Source: Thalia democratica (lineage: Eukaryota). From it: DNA of 64,000 bases. The stretch lies in the NCBI GenBank assembly GCA_965202585.1, contig OZ241826.1:15252001-15316000 (forward strand). Direction: 5' to 3'. The notes under the pieces are model-generated. The model did no database searches. It was given only the letters and a program-made list of their open reading frames with translations, and was not told the DNA's origin. Shown piece after piece: positions 44,050 to 57,200 of the stretch (position 1 is its first letter; each line of letters opens with the position of its first letter). Made by a program: the position numbers and the translations under genes.

Positions 44050-44416
44050 CTTTAAAGTTTACACTTAAGTTTTCAATATATTCTACAAACTACAAGTGTT
44101 GACTTCTGTACAAGGACATATATATGTACTAGTTCTAGTATAAATAAATTAATAAAAATATAAAAAATACAACCACGTTTGCAATGCTAAAGAGTTTATT
44201 GGACAGTTTTATAAAATTTCACAAATACGTATGAAAGGTTTTAATATATTAAAAAAGTATACATTAAAAATATATTGCATTTTGGAATGAGTACGAATGT
44301 TTTAATTTTGTTTTTGAAACATTATTTGCGGCGTTACCCGGGCAAGAAATATATATAAAAATGAAAAAGAGCTGATTACATGTCGGCAATGGTATCAATG
44401 TGGGAATTTCCCCTGC

Positions 44417-45289
44417 TTAGTTATCATATATGGGACTTTCCCCGTTCTCGCACCTGGAGCACCCGCAGGTCCTGATGACGGGGATGGTGATCATCTTGAT
44501 CTCCCCTCCCGGACACAATGTCCTCACCTCTTCCTCTTCCACCTGATCCGGCTGGCAGCAGTGGCAGTTGGTCTGTTTTTGTTTGTTTGTTAAAAAAAGA
44601 ATGTGTAATGTTTTTGTTTTGTAAAACTAATGAAAGTATTTGTTTTTACATTAGTTTTTAAGGGTGACTATATACGTTTAACTGCTCTATAGTACAAATT
44701 TATTTTTGAAAATTGAAAAGAAACTTCAAGGAAGAGATTGTAACATTAGCATAAGTAAAAACTTAATGGAGTAAAGCTTTATCTTGTTCTTCTAAATAAA
44801 GAGTTGTAAAAAAGCATATAAGTTCTATTAAAAATCTCACCTCAATGAATGGGTGATAAGGAAGGATATTTGTGGAAATAGAATATTAAAATCTCACTTC
44901 AAGGAAGGGGTGGTAAGGAAGGATATTTGTGGAAATAAAATATTAAAAATCTCACCTCAATGAATGGGTGATAAGGAAGGATATTTGTGGAAATAGAATA
45001 TTAAAATCTCACTTCAAGGAAGGGGTGGTAAGGAAGGATATTTGTGGAAATAAAATATTAAAAATCTCACCTCAAGGAAGGGGTGGTAAGGAAGGATATT
45101 TGTGGAAATAAAATATTAAAAATCTCACCTCAAGGAAGGGGTGGTAAGGAAGGACGTTGGTGGAGCTTCCGCAAGCTCCCGAACAAGCTGTCAGTTCAAC
45201 TTCTTCTTCAGTGATGCATCCGTCTGCCGTCTCCAGTTGTTGTGTCACGTTGATCGGTTGACATCCCCTGATGATCGTCGGTTTGTCCA
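44417..45289 (-). other. C-terminal cystine-knot (CTCK) domain exons of the mucin
   Basis: GCQPINVTQQLETADGCITEEEVELTACSGACGSSTNVLPYHPFLE | TNCHCCQPDQVEEEEVRTLCPGGEIKMITIPVIRTCGCSRCENGESPIYDN-stop. Confidence 0.92.
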
Positions 45290-48200
45290 CTGTGTTATAT
45301 TGTTGGTTGTTATTTTAAGTATACTGTTGTGTTTGCGTACATTATACTATTTTATTGGTGTAATGAGTTGTGAAACTATTTTTTGTAATTCGCATTTAGT
45401 AGTAGATGGTCAATTTTTTTTTTTTTTGATTAATGTTTTAAAGTAATTTAGCTGTTTGTTAACTGTTGAACTAGTATTATCATTTTTATCTATCAGTGTT
45501 TTGTCTATCAATATATATTTGCAAATGTTTTAGAACATGAAAAGGTGTTCTTTATAAACATTTTAATGATTTATTGGAACTTAAATGTGTACTGATTCTG
45601 ACGTTAAAAACTTAAGTATTATGTTTGTTTTAATGTTTTAGCCAAAAGTAGAAAACTCACCGCAAGTCGGGCAACACTCGTCATCCTTGTAAAGCACGTC
45701 TTGCGTCATCGGGTCGCAAGTGACGTCACAGTGATCCCTGACGTCGGTGCAGTTGACGCCTACGTCATAATCGCACTCGCACGACGTGCAGTTGCCGTCG
45801 GTCCACGTCATACCTGCCTCGTAAATCGCACCTTCGTACTTGCATTCGTGGTGTTTGTCTGTTTGTATAAATTGTTTTTAATTGTTGGAATAAAAGTACT
45901 AAACAATACATAAACATATTTATTTTAATAAAAAAAAATCTAGTGCTGTAAAATGTAAGAATGATTGTTATTTGTTTAAAAGAATTTAAGAAAAACTTTG
46001 TTTTTGTTTATACTTATTCAAGTTTGCTAACATTTATTGATTTTTTTGAAGTTTAGTATGTTGTTATAAATTTAAATTAATTTAAATTTGCTGATTTTAT
46101 TTTATACTATTTATGACGTCACAATACCTTCATCGATCTCGCATCTGCAGCACTCGTCATCGGGTACGTCAGTGACGAGCTTCTGACCAGCAGGACAACT
46201 GTCAATGGTGCAAGCTTTGTAGCAGGTAGCTTCGTTGTTGACACATTTGCATATGGTGCAATTGAACGACCACTGGTTGTTCGGCTGTTAAGATGTGTGA
46301 TAAGTAAAAATGTACAAGTTAGTTATTTTATGTCAGGGAATAGACTTAAATTGGTTTAAAGATTTTTTGAATTAAGTAGTTTTTTACTGTCTAAAAATAT
46401 CTTATTTTTATATGACTGTATACAGTTTTATTTAGGTGTTGATTTTACTTTGGTTTATAAAATTTGTGGTAAGTAAAACGGTTCAACTTAGTTATTTTAT
46501 GTCGAAGAATAGACTTAAATTAGTTTAGAGATTTTTTTGACTTTAGTAGTTTATTACTGTCTAAAAATATTTTGTAAATATAATTGTATACAGTTTTATT
46601 TAGGTGTTGATTGTATTTTTGTTTATAAAATGTGTGCAAGTGTAGCTGTAAAATTTAGTTATTGTTAGTTATGTCAAGCATTGCTCTTATTATGCGTGGA
46701 GAAGTTTTTGTACCTCAATATTCTTTTATTGTCTTACATTTTTTTATTGTTCAGAATAATTTCATTTAGTGAAAAAACTCACAGCGGGTCTGTCGTAGTT
46801 CATGCCGTTGTAGAGACACCTCTCCCTTGAGATCGGGGTTACCAGCTTCTCTGTTGTTGTGGTGACAGGTACGCTTGTCGCGTTGGCAACATCAGATACT
46901 GTCGTTTCAACAGACGAGCTCGTAGTTGAACTGACAACTGGAGTTGTGTCTACTGGTACAGTTGTGTCGACAACCACTTTAGTGGTGAAGAAGTCTTCAT
47001 GTACAGTAGTAGTTGGTACAGTTGTTTTAACAGTAGACTTGGTAGTTGATTGTGGTGACGTTTCAACTGAGCTGCTTGGTGTCGTTCCAACTGAATTACT
47101 TGGTGTCGTTTCAACAGCATTATTAGGTGTGGTGCCTTCTGAGCTTGTTGTTGTGAACTTGACGGTTGTAGTTGTCACGTTGACAGCAATGTGAGCACAG
47201 AAACAGCATGATCCTGTAAAGATAAAGTAATTAAGTAAGAACTAAAGTTATACCTTAATTTAAATCAAAAGCTATATGCCTATCATCACTTGTAAGTCAA
47301 AATTTTGAAGCAAAAATGGGGTGTATGATGAATCTAAAGTTGTTGTTTTTTCTAGACACACTTTATAAGTTTATACAAAATAAAATTTTACATACCAGTG
47401 ACATGAACGAAACGTTGTCCTTGTTGGTCACAAACGTCCTGACTCAGCCTACATACGTCATAATTGCATTTTTCATGACCGTCCTCGCACGTACACTTGC
47501 TACAATCACTCTTCCAATATTCTTCACCCTCCTACGTATTATTGATGGTTAAATAATTAAAAAAAAAAAACTTTTTAGTTCTTAGCTCTAATCTATACTA
47601 CTATTTGACTTTTTAACAGTTTTTTATTAGTCTTTTTTTTTTGTGAAATATATTGTGTCAATGTATTTGTTTCTAAAAGTTTATTAAACCGTTAAAAGTA
47701 ATAATAGTCAACTTTCAAAATTTACTGATAAATAATAAACTTTTTACATCTCACCTGGTAAGCGACACCGTTGAAGATGCAAGCTTTCTCGCATTCCTCA
47801 TACTTGACGCACTTCCTTGTCATTGGATCTTTAACCTCTCCCGGTTCGCACAAACACAAATCACAGATAGATTCTTCACTGAATCCGCATCGGGATGGAA
47901 GATCGTCTGTTGTATTTGTACCAAATACTAACAATTTATTGATTGCAAAATAAAAAGCTTTTTATTAGTTTTGTAATAGTTTGAAAAGAAAAAGTATTTG
48001 ATCAAAATGTTGTACAGTTTTAAGGTTTTTAAAATAGGTTATAGTCTATTTAGTTTAGGTTATTTATCTAACTATATTTCGAAACAAACAACTAACCGCT
48101 TGCGTATTGTTCGTCACAGTTAACTGAACATTTGCAATCAGCTGAACAGAAGTCCATTCCGATTGTTGTTGTCGGAATTATGGTTGTTGTTGTGATTATC

Positions 48201-51200
48201 TGTTAAAACATTACATATAAAAAATTAATACTAAACTTGGATAAGAAAATATAGTATCGAAACAAAGGGTTCAACTACTTTATATTGAATTTAAATAAAA
48301 CTAAACAATTCATACCTCAACTTCAGTAGATGACGCTGTAGTCTTCAAAATCTCAGCAATCGTGGTTTTTTCTGTTGCTTCGGTTGAAGTGGTTCCTGCT
48401 GTGGTTCCTTCAACAAGACTTCCTGGTGTTGTACCTTCAGCAGGTGTTGTACCTTCAGTGGTCTCAGTGACAGATGAGCCTTCAGTGGTCTCAACAGCAG
48501 AAGTAGTTTCTTCGACAGGAGAGCTTCTAGTAGTGCTTGAAATAGCAGGCGTAGTTCCTTCAACTGAACCTGTAGTCTCTTCAACGCTTGGTACTGAAGT
48601 TGTTGCCTCAGATGTCTTTGAAGTGACAACTGCAGAAGTTGTTGATGCAGCAGTGGAAGTTGTCGTTTCTGGAAGTTTCGGTTTGGGGGTTTTTGTGGTG
48701 AACCTTGTGGCTGCGGTGGTGGTTGTAGACGCACACTCGTCACTAGAGGGCCAGCTTGCGCACAAACCGTTCACTTTGACGGCGTTTCTGTGTTGATAGT
48801 TAAATAATTTATTAAGTTAATATTTTTAACAACCGTGAATAAGTATTAAAATTAGTTTTATTAAATAGTAAAGTTTTTGGTTTGTTTGTTTAAAAAACTT
48901 TGAACATGTGAAAGTACTATGAATTTGTAAACTTTTGATTATCTTCTGATACATCAAATATCAAAAATAGTGTTAAAAATGATTTAATATATTATTAAAA
49001 CTAACTCATCACTGCAGATACAAGACTCCGTGCACATTTCATGTTCAACACACTCATCTTGTTCACCGTCGCATCCCAACTTGCAAGTGCACTCCTCACT
49101 GCACACCACCGGCGATGACGTTGTTGATGACGTCATGGTTGTTTCGTCTGTTATGACGTCACTGGTGGTGAAGAGTGACGACATGGTTGACACAATGGTC
49201 GACATGAATGACGTGGTTTCTTCTACAGCCGGTACAGAGGTGGTTCCTTCAGACGAAGTTCCTGGAGTGGTTCCTTCAGACGGAGTTCCTGGAGTGGTTC
49301 CCTCAGGTGCAACGGAACCTGTTGTGGTGCCTTCAACTGGAGCAGATGTAGTGCCTGATACAGAAGTTGATGTTGTTGTCGGTACGTAAGCTTCTGTGGT
49401 GGTTGGGACGTCGACGCAACTGTAAACAGTGGTGTGAGTTTAATTTGTTAAAATTGTTTCCTAAGACATTAACAAGCACTTAATATTTTGTTATGAATAC
49501 AAAACTTGTTGTTCTGGTTCAAGTGAATTGATTATACTGTGTTTGGTTACTGATGTAAACGAAAAAATAAAACAGTACTGAAACTTCTATGTATCAATTA
49601 CCTGCAACACTCGTTGTGGTTGTTCTGAAGAACCTTGCCCTCATCCTGACATTCCTGCATTGTGACGTTGCAAAAGAACGTGCATTTCTCCATCATGAAC
49701 ACGTCATACTCGCACGTGCAAATCCTGCAGTCTCTCTCGAACGAATCACCGGGCTGTAAAGTTAGAGAGTTGGTTTAAATTAAAGTAATTTTTTTACAAT
49801 ATTAAGATTAGTATAATATGTAAGAAACTTTGCTATTTAACCTTTTATTGTAATAAAATGGACAGCCAAATAAATTTTAAAGAAAAATTTTCAAGTTAAA
49901 ATGTTTCAAAGCATTTTTTTAAACTATTTTGTTTGCACAAAATTTATCATATCGAAATGATTATGGCTTTACTATACTTTATAAATTAGATCTTTTTGAC
50001 GTTTAATATACTAGTATGATACATATAATAGATAAAAAACTAACAGCATATTGCACTCCATCAACAACGCATGGTTTTTCGCACTGTTCGTTCATCCTGA
50101 CACACATTCCACTGTCCCAGAACGTGTCCATGGCGCTCGAGTCCGGACAGTCGCAGTCCAGACTGGTGCAGGTCTCGTTGCTGGTGAATGGGACTTGTCT
50201 CGTTCCCATGCGGAAGTCGGCCTTTGAATTATGAATGAGTTTAATTGATATAAAAAAATATTTTGTTAAAAAACAAGTTATAAGCATACTATTGTCAGTT
50301 TTTTGAGTAAATAAACTATGTTTGAAACAAAAGAAATAACGTTTTATAATTGTTTAAAGGATAAATAAACAACTAAAAAATGTTAATTTTGAACTGATAA
50401 GTATCTTTGAAATTGTACAAACTAGATTTATTAAAGTAAATAAATCAAACAGAATAAACGCATATACTTTATTCAAAAAAGTATAAAATTGATGTTCTAA
50501 TAAATCTTACCTCATCTTCGCAGGTGATGTCGACAACGCACTCTAGCGGACAAGCAGTTTTGGTTGCCATAGGAGTTGTTGTGGTTGCTATGGTGGTTGT
50601 TGTTGGCAACGGTTCGCAGTGACAACATGTTTCACCGTCGTCAACCAATTTCATGTTCTTCTGTTGATAAAAGTTTAATATTTTTATTTTGCTACTTCTT
50701 TAAACTTTTAGTTACCAGTACCATTTGATTTATAATAGCAATTAGTTTAAGATTATTTTTACTAATAAACATACAATATCAAAATTTAGTACAAAAACAC
50801 GATTTCAGGTTTTATATTGATTTCTTCTTACATGAGATCTAAATTGTGAGCCTAATATGATTCAGTTCAAAGTTTATCTATTTAGATGTAATAAGTTCCA
50901 CATTTGCAACTTACGTATGAGCAGTCATACTCCTTGATATTACATGACGGGTAGCACTCCATCACGGATTCACCCTCCTCATTCTCCACACATTTGCACT
51001 CCTCGCACGAACCCTCCTGAATCTTGGATCCCACCGGGTACTCTGTTCCGTTGTACTGGCATCCGTTGCACGATTCGGGAAGTCTCACGCACAAGTCCTC
51101 GTAGAACTCTGTTGTTTGAAAAGTTGAAAGGTTTTGCTTAAGTGTTTTAAATTGTTATGTAGTTGTTTTATGTTACTTCATTTTTGCTTTAAACTTTATA

Positions 51201-54200
51201 AGAATTTAATGGTAATACATTTAAAAGTATTAAAACAGAGTACATATATTATCAAAGCGTACTTGCGTGTAGAAAAAATAAATTTTAACAGTAGAATCTA
51301 AAAAGGTGTAAAAACTTGTTAAAACACTTGAAAATAATAATACAAATTTAGGTTGAAAATATTTTTAAACCAAAACAGTACTTACCAAAAGTTTAATAAA
51401 ACTGAATTTTTAATTTTAAAAATGTAAAACAACAAACCTTTGTTAGTACCAGTTGGGCATGTGCACATGGAGCACACGAATGGATTAAATTCTGGGGAAA
51501 CCCCTACAGGCATTGGGGAAAATACCGGGTTGAAATTCTTAACCTCATCGCACGTCATATCGTACACGCAACTAGATGGACATTCTGTAAGATTTATAAG
51601 TCATAATGAAATCAGATTAAAGCATTTTGTTTTTTAACTCACTATGCATCTATTGTTTATTTCAAGTTTTATGAGGTGATTAAAGACTTTTTACAAGCAG
51701 CTAAAGTTTAAAATGTTTCATACTTTTCGATATTATACCAACTATCTTAGTTAAACAATTGTATGTACGTTTTCCTTCAAAAAAAAAGTGGTTGTTAATT
51801 TTCAGTAAAAACTTTTTTAAAAATTCTAATTAAAAAATTTAACATAAATTAACACATACTCTCAAACGAAGGTGTGGTGGTCCTCACAGCTTCAGTTGTC
51901 GTCGTGGCAACCTCTTGTGTCGTCGTGGTGATCAGCTTGGGGGTTGTTGTGGCCAATGTGGTGGTTTCGACGGCAACCGATGACGTAGTAGTCGTCACCT
52001 GGCACTGATCCGTCCTCCTCAGGATGCACCTCCAGTTGTAACGATCGAAATCGTTGAACTCCCACTGAGGACACATGCAGCTGTGTGATTTATACAAAAA
52101 TATTAAAAATAATAAAAACATATTTTGCTTTTTTTTTTGATTTAAATAAAAATCAATATTTGGTGATGGGGATTTTATTAAACGTAAAAGTGTTTAAAAA
52201 AAAAAAAATTGTAAAATTTTGTGCAAGGACATTTTGTTTTGTGGCGGATGTTTATTTTTGGATGAAGATGTTAAATGAAACTCAAAATGCTATTACATAG
52301 ATTTAAGCTATTGTATAAAAAAGTTAGTTAAAAAACAAATATTTTGAATTAAACAGATTAAATTAAACGTACTATTTTCCAGTTAGTATTACTGTGTATC
52401 AATATATATATATATTATTTTATTTTATTCATAAAAGTTTGAAAACGTTTTTTTTTAACATTAAAAGTATGTAATAAACATAAATAACAACGAACCTGGC
52501 AGTGCACTCCGGCAGGGCGGCGCATTTCTGAATGTTGTTATCGCAACCGACCACGCAGAAACAGTGGAACGGACACTCTCCGCTGGGTGGCTCTGTTGTC
52601 GCTAGGGTGGTTGTCATTGGTGACGTCGTTGACGCTCCAGTTGTCGTTGTTGGTGGCTGTTTGGATTTGTAAAAATATTTTTATTGTTTAAGCGAGGATT
52701 TTGTTAAAAAAATTATATGTGCTTTTCTTATATGTAGCTATATTTTGCAGTTTATCAAAAAAGTATCAACAGAATAAAAGTATTAACACTGCTACAAAAA
52801 CTTAATTTTTCTAGGTAATAAAATTACTTATGAAAAGTTCTTAAAACTATAGATAAAAGTAGAAAATCTTGAACATTCTTTTGGAATTTTAAACTTAAAA
52901 GATAAATCCTTAAAAAAACTAATCAACTTTCATCGAATTTTTAAATGTTATATATGTGTATATATCACTCACAACAAATGGAGTAGTGACGTCACTATGA
53001 CCTCCGCACTCAACTCGTTCATCCGACACCGATCCCGAATAATCGCACGAAAGTCTGTAACATCCGTCAGGAAGCATTAAGTCCTCGATTAATTGACCTG
53101 TTGATGGTTTTTTTATAGAGTTTATTAAGTTTGAACTAAAAGTAATGTATAAAATAATGATAAGTAATAAAATATCTCAATTACTGCATTGCAAAAATAA
53201 AGGTTTATCAACTTTTTTTTCTGAGAACAAAAAAACTTCAATTGGTGTAAAGCTCAAAACTTGTTTAAAAACTTGCAACTTTATAAACGCAAGAAAAAGA
53301 TAGCTTAAGAGATGAGTGAATAGTATCATGCTATTCTTTAATAACTTTTTTTGATAAAGTAAAAGTGTAAAGCAATTAAACAGGAAAAACTGAATACGTG
53401 CTGTCACAAAAAACCCCCTAATTCAAAAACGAACCAGGCAAGTAAACGTTTCCGCCGAACATACAGACAACCGCCTTCTCAGTGGTCGTTGTTGACACGT
53501 GACCGGTTGTCAGGTCTGTGATTGGCTGGGAGGTGGTTGTCATGACGACCGATGACGTAGTTTCTGTTGGCATGCAGCTCAGCTCGTCAGAAGCGTCGAA
53601 ACAGTCTGGCGCCCCGTCGCATCTGTGGTTAAGCTTTTATGTGAAAATTTAAGTTAGGTAAAAAAATATAGAATTAAAAATTTCTTATAAAAGAAGATGT
53701 ATATTTGTTAAATTAAAAAAGTAACTTTTAAATTTATAAGTTTTAAGTTGTTTTTTACCTAAAGTATTTAAATCTAACAATGTTTAAGTTTTCAACATAA
53801 TAACCTTTAAAACAGCTTGTAAAAGTATTTGTAAAAAAATTTAAAGTTAGTATAATTAAATAGAACATAGAGCCATTGTGATGGAACGCATTTACCACTG
53901 TCAAATTCATATAATAAAATATAGGTTAAAATTAAACTTTAAATAAAACTAACAGCCATTGCGGTGGTATACATTTACCACTATCACATTCGTGCCAACC
54001 TTCAGCGCAGTTTGGTGTCGTCATTACTGTTGTTGTTGGTCCTGTTTGTTTTTAATTAATTTAATTTGTTATTATTCAAAAGTGCGTTATAGTTGCTAAA
54101 TTTATAAACTGCCGTCGAACTTTTTTGAAAAGTTTACTTGAAGTTGATTTAATAAGAAAGTATAATAAAATGCACTCCAATACAACGTTGGAATGCTAAA

Positions 54201-57200
54201 AAGGTTCCAGCGGGGCTCGAACCCGCGACCTTCTGCGTGTAAAGCAGACGTGATAACCGCTACACTATGGAACCCAACGATGGTAAATCGATAACTGCAT
54301 TTATATACTTATGTGACTTGATTGCACTGTTAAAAGCTTATACTTTGATGGATGATTTACTTAAAGAGGCGTTTTGTGGGCGTTTACACTTTCCGTAACC
54401 TAGTGTAAGCGCGTTTAAATTTTTTATAAAGTTTTAAAGGTTTTACTAAAATAAGGTTACTTTGTTTAAAATGTTACTAAAATTGTTTTAGTGAATTGTA
54501 AAAAATTTACCTATGTTTTTAAAATTTTAATATTGATTTACTAAAACCGATATGGTTTTTATTAAATAAACTAACAAATAAAAAATATCATAAGTAGTTA
54601 AGTTTTATTATAAAATGTATTTAACACTCGCAAAATTGTTTAAAGTAGTTTTTTTTAGTTTATATTTTTCGAGGACAAAAGTGATAGTTCAAAAAAAATT
54701 AAAACATTAGAAAGTTTAAAAAATGTCTAATATTTTATGAAAACTGATATATCTTTTGACATTATACTTAAACAATTAATTTATACTTCAACACCAACCT
54801 TCAGTGGTCATCTTTCCAGATGTTGACACCTCAACAGTGGTTGTTGTGGTCATTGGGACGCAGTCAGGGCAGCATTTGTCATCCACAAGTACAGCTGCAG
54901 TGTGGTCGGGACATACGGAACACTCGATCTCAATGCACATTATGTTGTGAGAATGGTGACACGCGCATCTCCTGCATGGTCCGTCGTTCCATGTCTCGTT
55001 TACCTATTGATATTAGTTTATTTGTTTTGCCAATTTCGTTTATCTATTAAGTTTTTTTTATTTAATTTATTAACCATGGTGGCATTTCCTACATTACATG
55101 TTTGGTTTAAATTTTTGTATTTAGTTTTATAGTTTAAAGTTTTTTAAATGTTTATCAAGAAAACTCCTCAACATTCAAAGTTATGTTTATCTCGTTTGAC
55201 TTTAAATCTTTTGGTATGCTTGCTTAAATTAAAAAAATTAAGCTCTATATATGCAATTATAAGCAAACAACATTATTTAACCAATGAAACTCACAGCAAC
55301 GAAGGTGTCGTTTCCGAGATCGCAGTAATCCTCACCAACGGGTCTGCAAGTGCAGCAGACTCCGTCCTCGGGATCGTGGTTCACCACCTCGTATCCCTCC
55401 TCGCACGTGATGAAGCAGTGCTCGGCGCAGCTCTTCACTCCGTCCTGGCACTTGCACAAGTCGCACTCTCCCTCCTTCCACGTCTCTGACGGCTGTAAGG
55501 AAAAAGATATTTGTATAGGTGATAGAGTAAGTTTTTATGCAATGTTTTTATTTGCGCGTTTTTGGCGAATTCTTTTGAAGAGGCGTTTTTCGTGTGTTGT
55601 TTTATTAGCGAGCCAGAAAAATTGAATCGCCGCCCTAATTTTATAAATTCTTATGGCTGAGTTTTAAACGGAGTTGTGAAGGAAACATAACTTATCACAA
55701 ATGCTTTTATTTTATACTTACAAGTTCGGTGCATTCGTCAGCAGGTATCGTTGTTTCAACGACCACACTTGATGTGGTCACTGCAGGTTTTGTAGCCATT
55801 TGAGTCGTCTCTTCAACAGTGTTAGTAGTAGTAGCAGCAGATGTTTGCTTCTTTGTAGTTGCTGGTGTAGTTGCTGGACTCTCTGTTGATCCCACTGTGG
55901 TGGTCTCATCAAGTACGCCCCTAGTGGTCACCTCTGGTGTCGTGCTAGATGCAACAGGCGAGGTTGTGCTTCCACTTGCAGGTGTTGTAGATGATTTCTG
56001 AGCATAGAAGATTGTTGTAATCTTTGTTTTTAAATTACTTTAAGCAATCAAGAACCACTTACAGTGCATTTGCTGAGTTCAGCACATCTGATCTTGGTAC
56101 CAACGCAAGCGCACTCCAAACAGTCACCTTCGTACCACTTAGCTCCCGAGATGTACATCTTACCTGAAAACATATTGTCAAGTTATTGTTTGTGGTCAAA
56201 CACTGTCAAGTTCTTTAGTAGAGTTTCGTTAGAAATTAGATATAAAAAGTTTGACTTCAACTAACCATTGACGTCTTTACAGAAAGCTTCAACAGCAGCT
56301 GTAGTTGCTTCAGTCGCGCCAGCAGTTGAGCTTGTGGACACTGGTCCGGTTGTTGTTGGCAAACCAGTGGTAGACAAAGCTGGTCCGGTGGTAGAAACAA
56401 TTGGTTCACTGGTCGAAATTACTACTGGTACTTCAGTTGTTTCAACTTCAACTGGTTTAGTAGTGAATTCAACAGGTCCTTCGGTTGTTTCAACAATTAC
56501 CCTAGTGGTTGAGTCAACTGGTCCGCTGGTAGATGCAATTGGTCCGGTAGTTGAATCAACTGGTCCGGTAGTTGAATCAACTGGTCCGGTAGTCGAAGCA
56601 ATTGGTCCGGTAGTTGAAGAAATTGGTCCGGTAGTTGACGCAATTGGTCCGGTAGTTGACGCAATTGGTCCGGTAGTTGAAGCAACTGGTCCGGTAGTTG
56701 AAGCAATTGGTCCGGTAGTTGAAGAAATTGGTCCGGTAGTTGAAGCAATTGGTCCGGTAGTTGAAGCAATTGGTCCGGTAGTTGACGCAATTGGTCCGGT
56801 AGTCGATGCAATTGGTCCGGTAGTTGAAGCAATTGGTCCGGTAGTTGACGCAATTGGTCCGGTAGTTGATGCAATTGGTCCGGTAGTTGAAGCAATTGGT
56901 CCGGTAGTTGACGCAATTGGTCCGGTAGTTGAAGCAATTGGTTCGGTAGTCGAAGCAATTGGTCCAGTAGTTGATGCAATTGGTCCGGTAGTTGAAGCAA
57001 CTGGTCCGGTTGTTGAAGCAATTGGTCCGGTAGTTGATGCAATTGGTCCGGTAGTCGATGGTACCCCTGGTGTAGTGGTCGAAGTCACAACGCCGGTTGT
57101 TGAAACTGTTGTGACGTCATAAACAGGGGTCGTGGTGACGTCACCAGTGCAGTTTCGCTCGTCTCTTCCGTCACTGCAGTCACTGTTGCCATCGCATACC

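Noticed and set aside
44835-45155. CRISPR-like array
   Set aside because: No unique spacers; it is a plain tandem repeat in a eukaryotic intron.
56268-57122. 284-aa plus-strand ORF and 181-aa minus-strand alternative-frame ORF
   Set aside because: Shadows of the stop-free 21-bp mucin repeat; only the TTGPIAS frame joins the flanking exons in phase.
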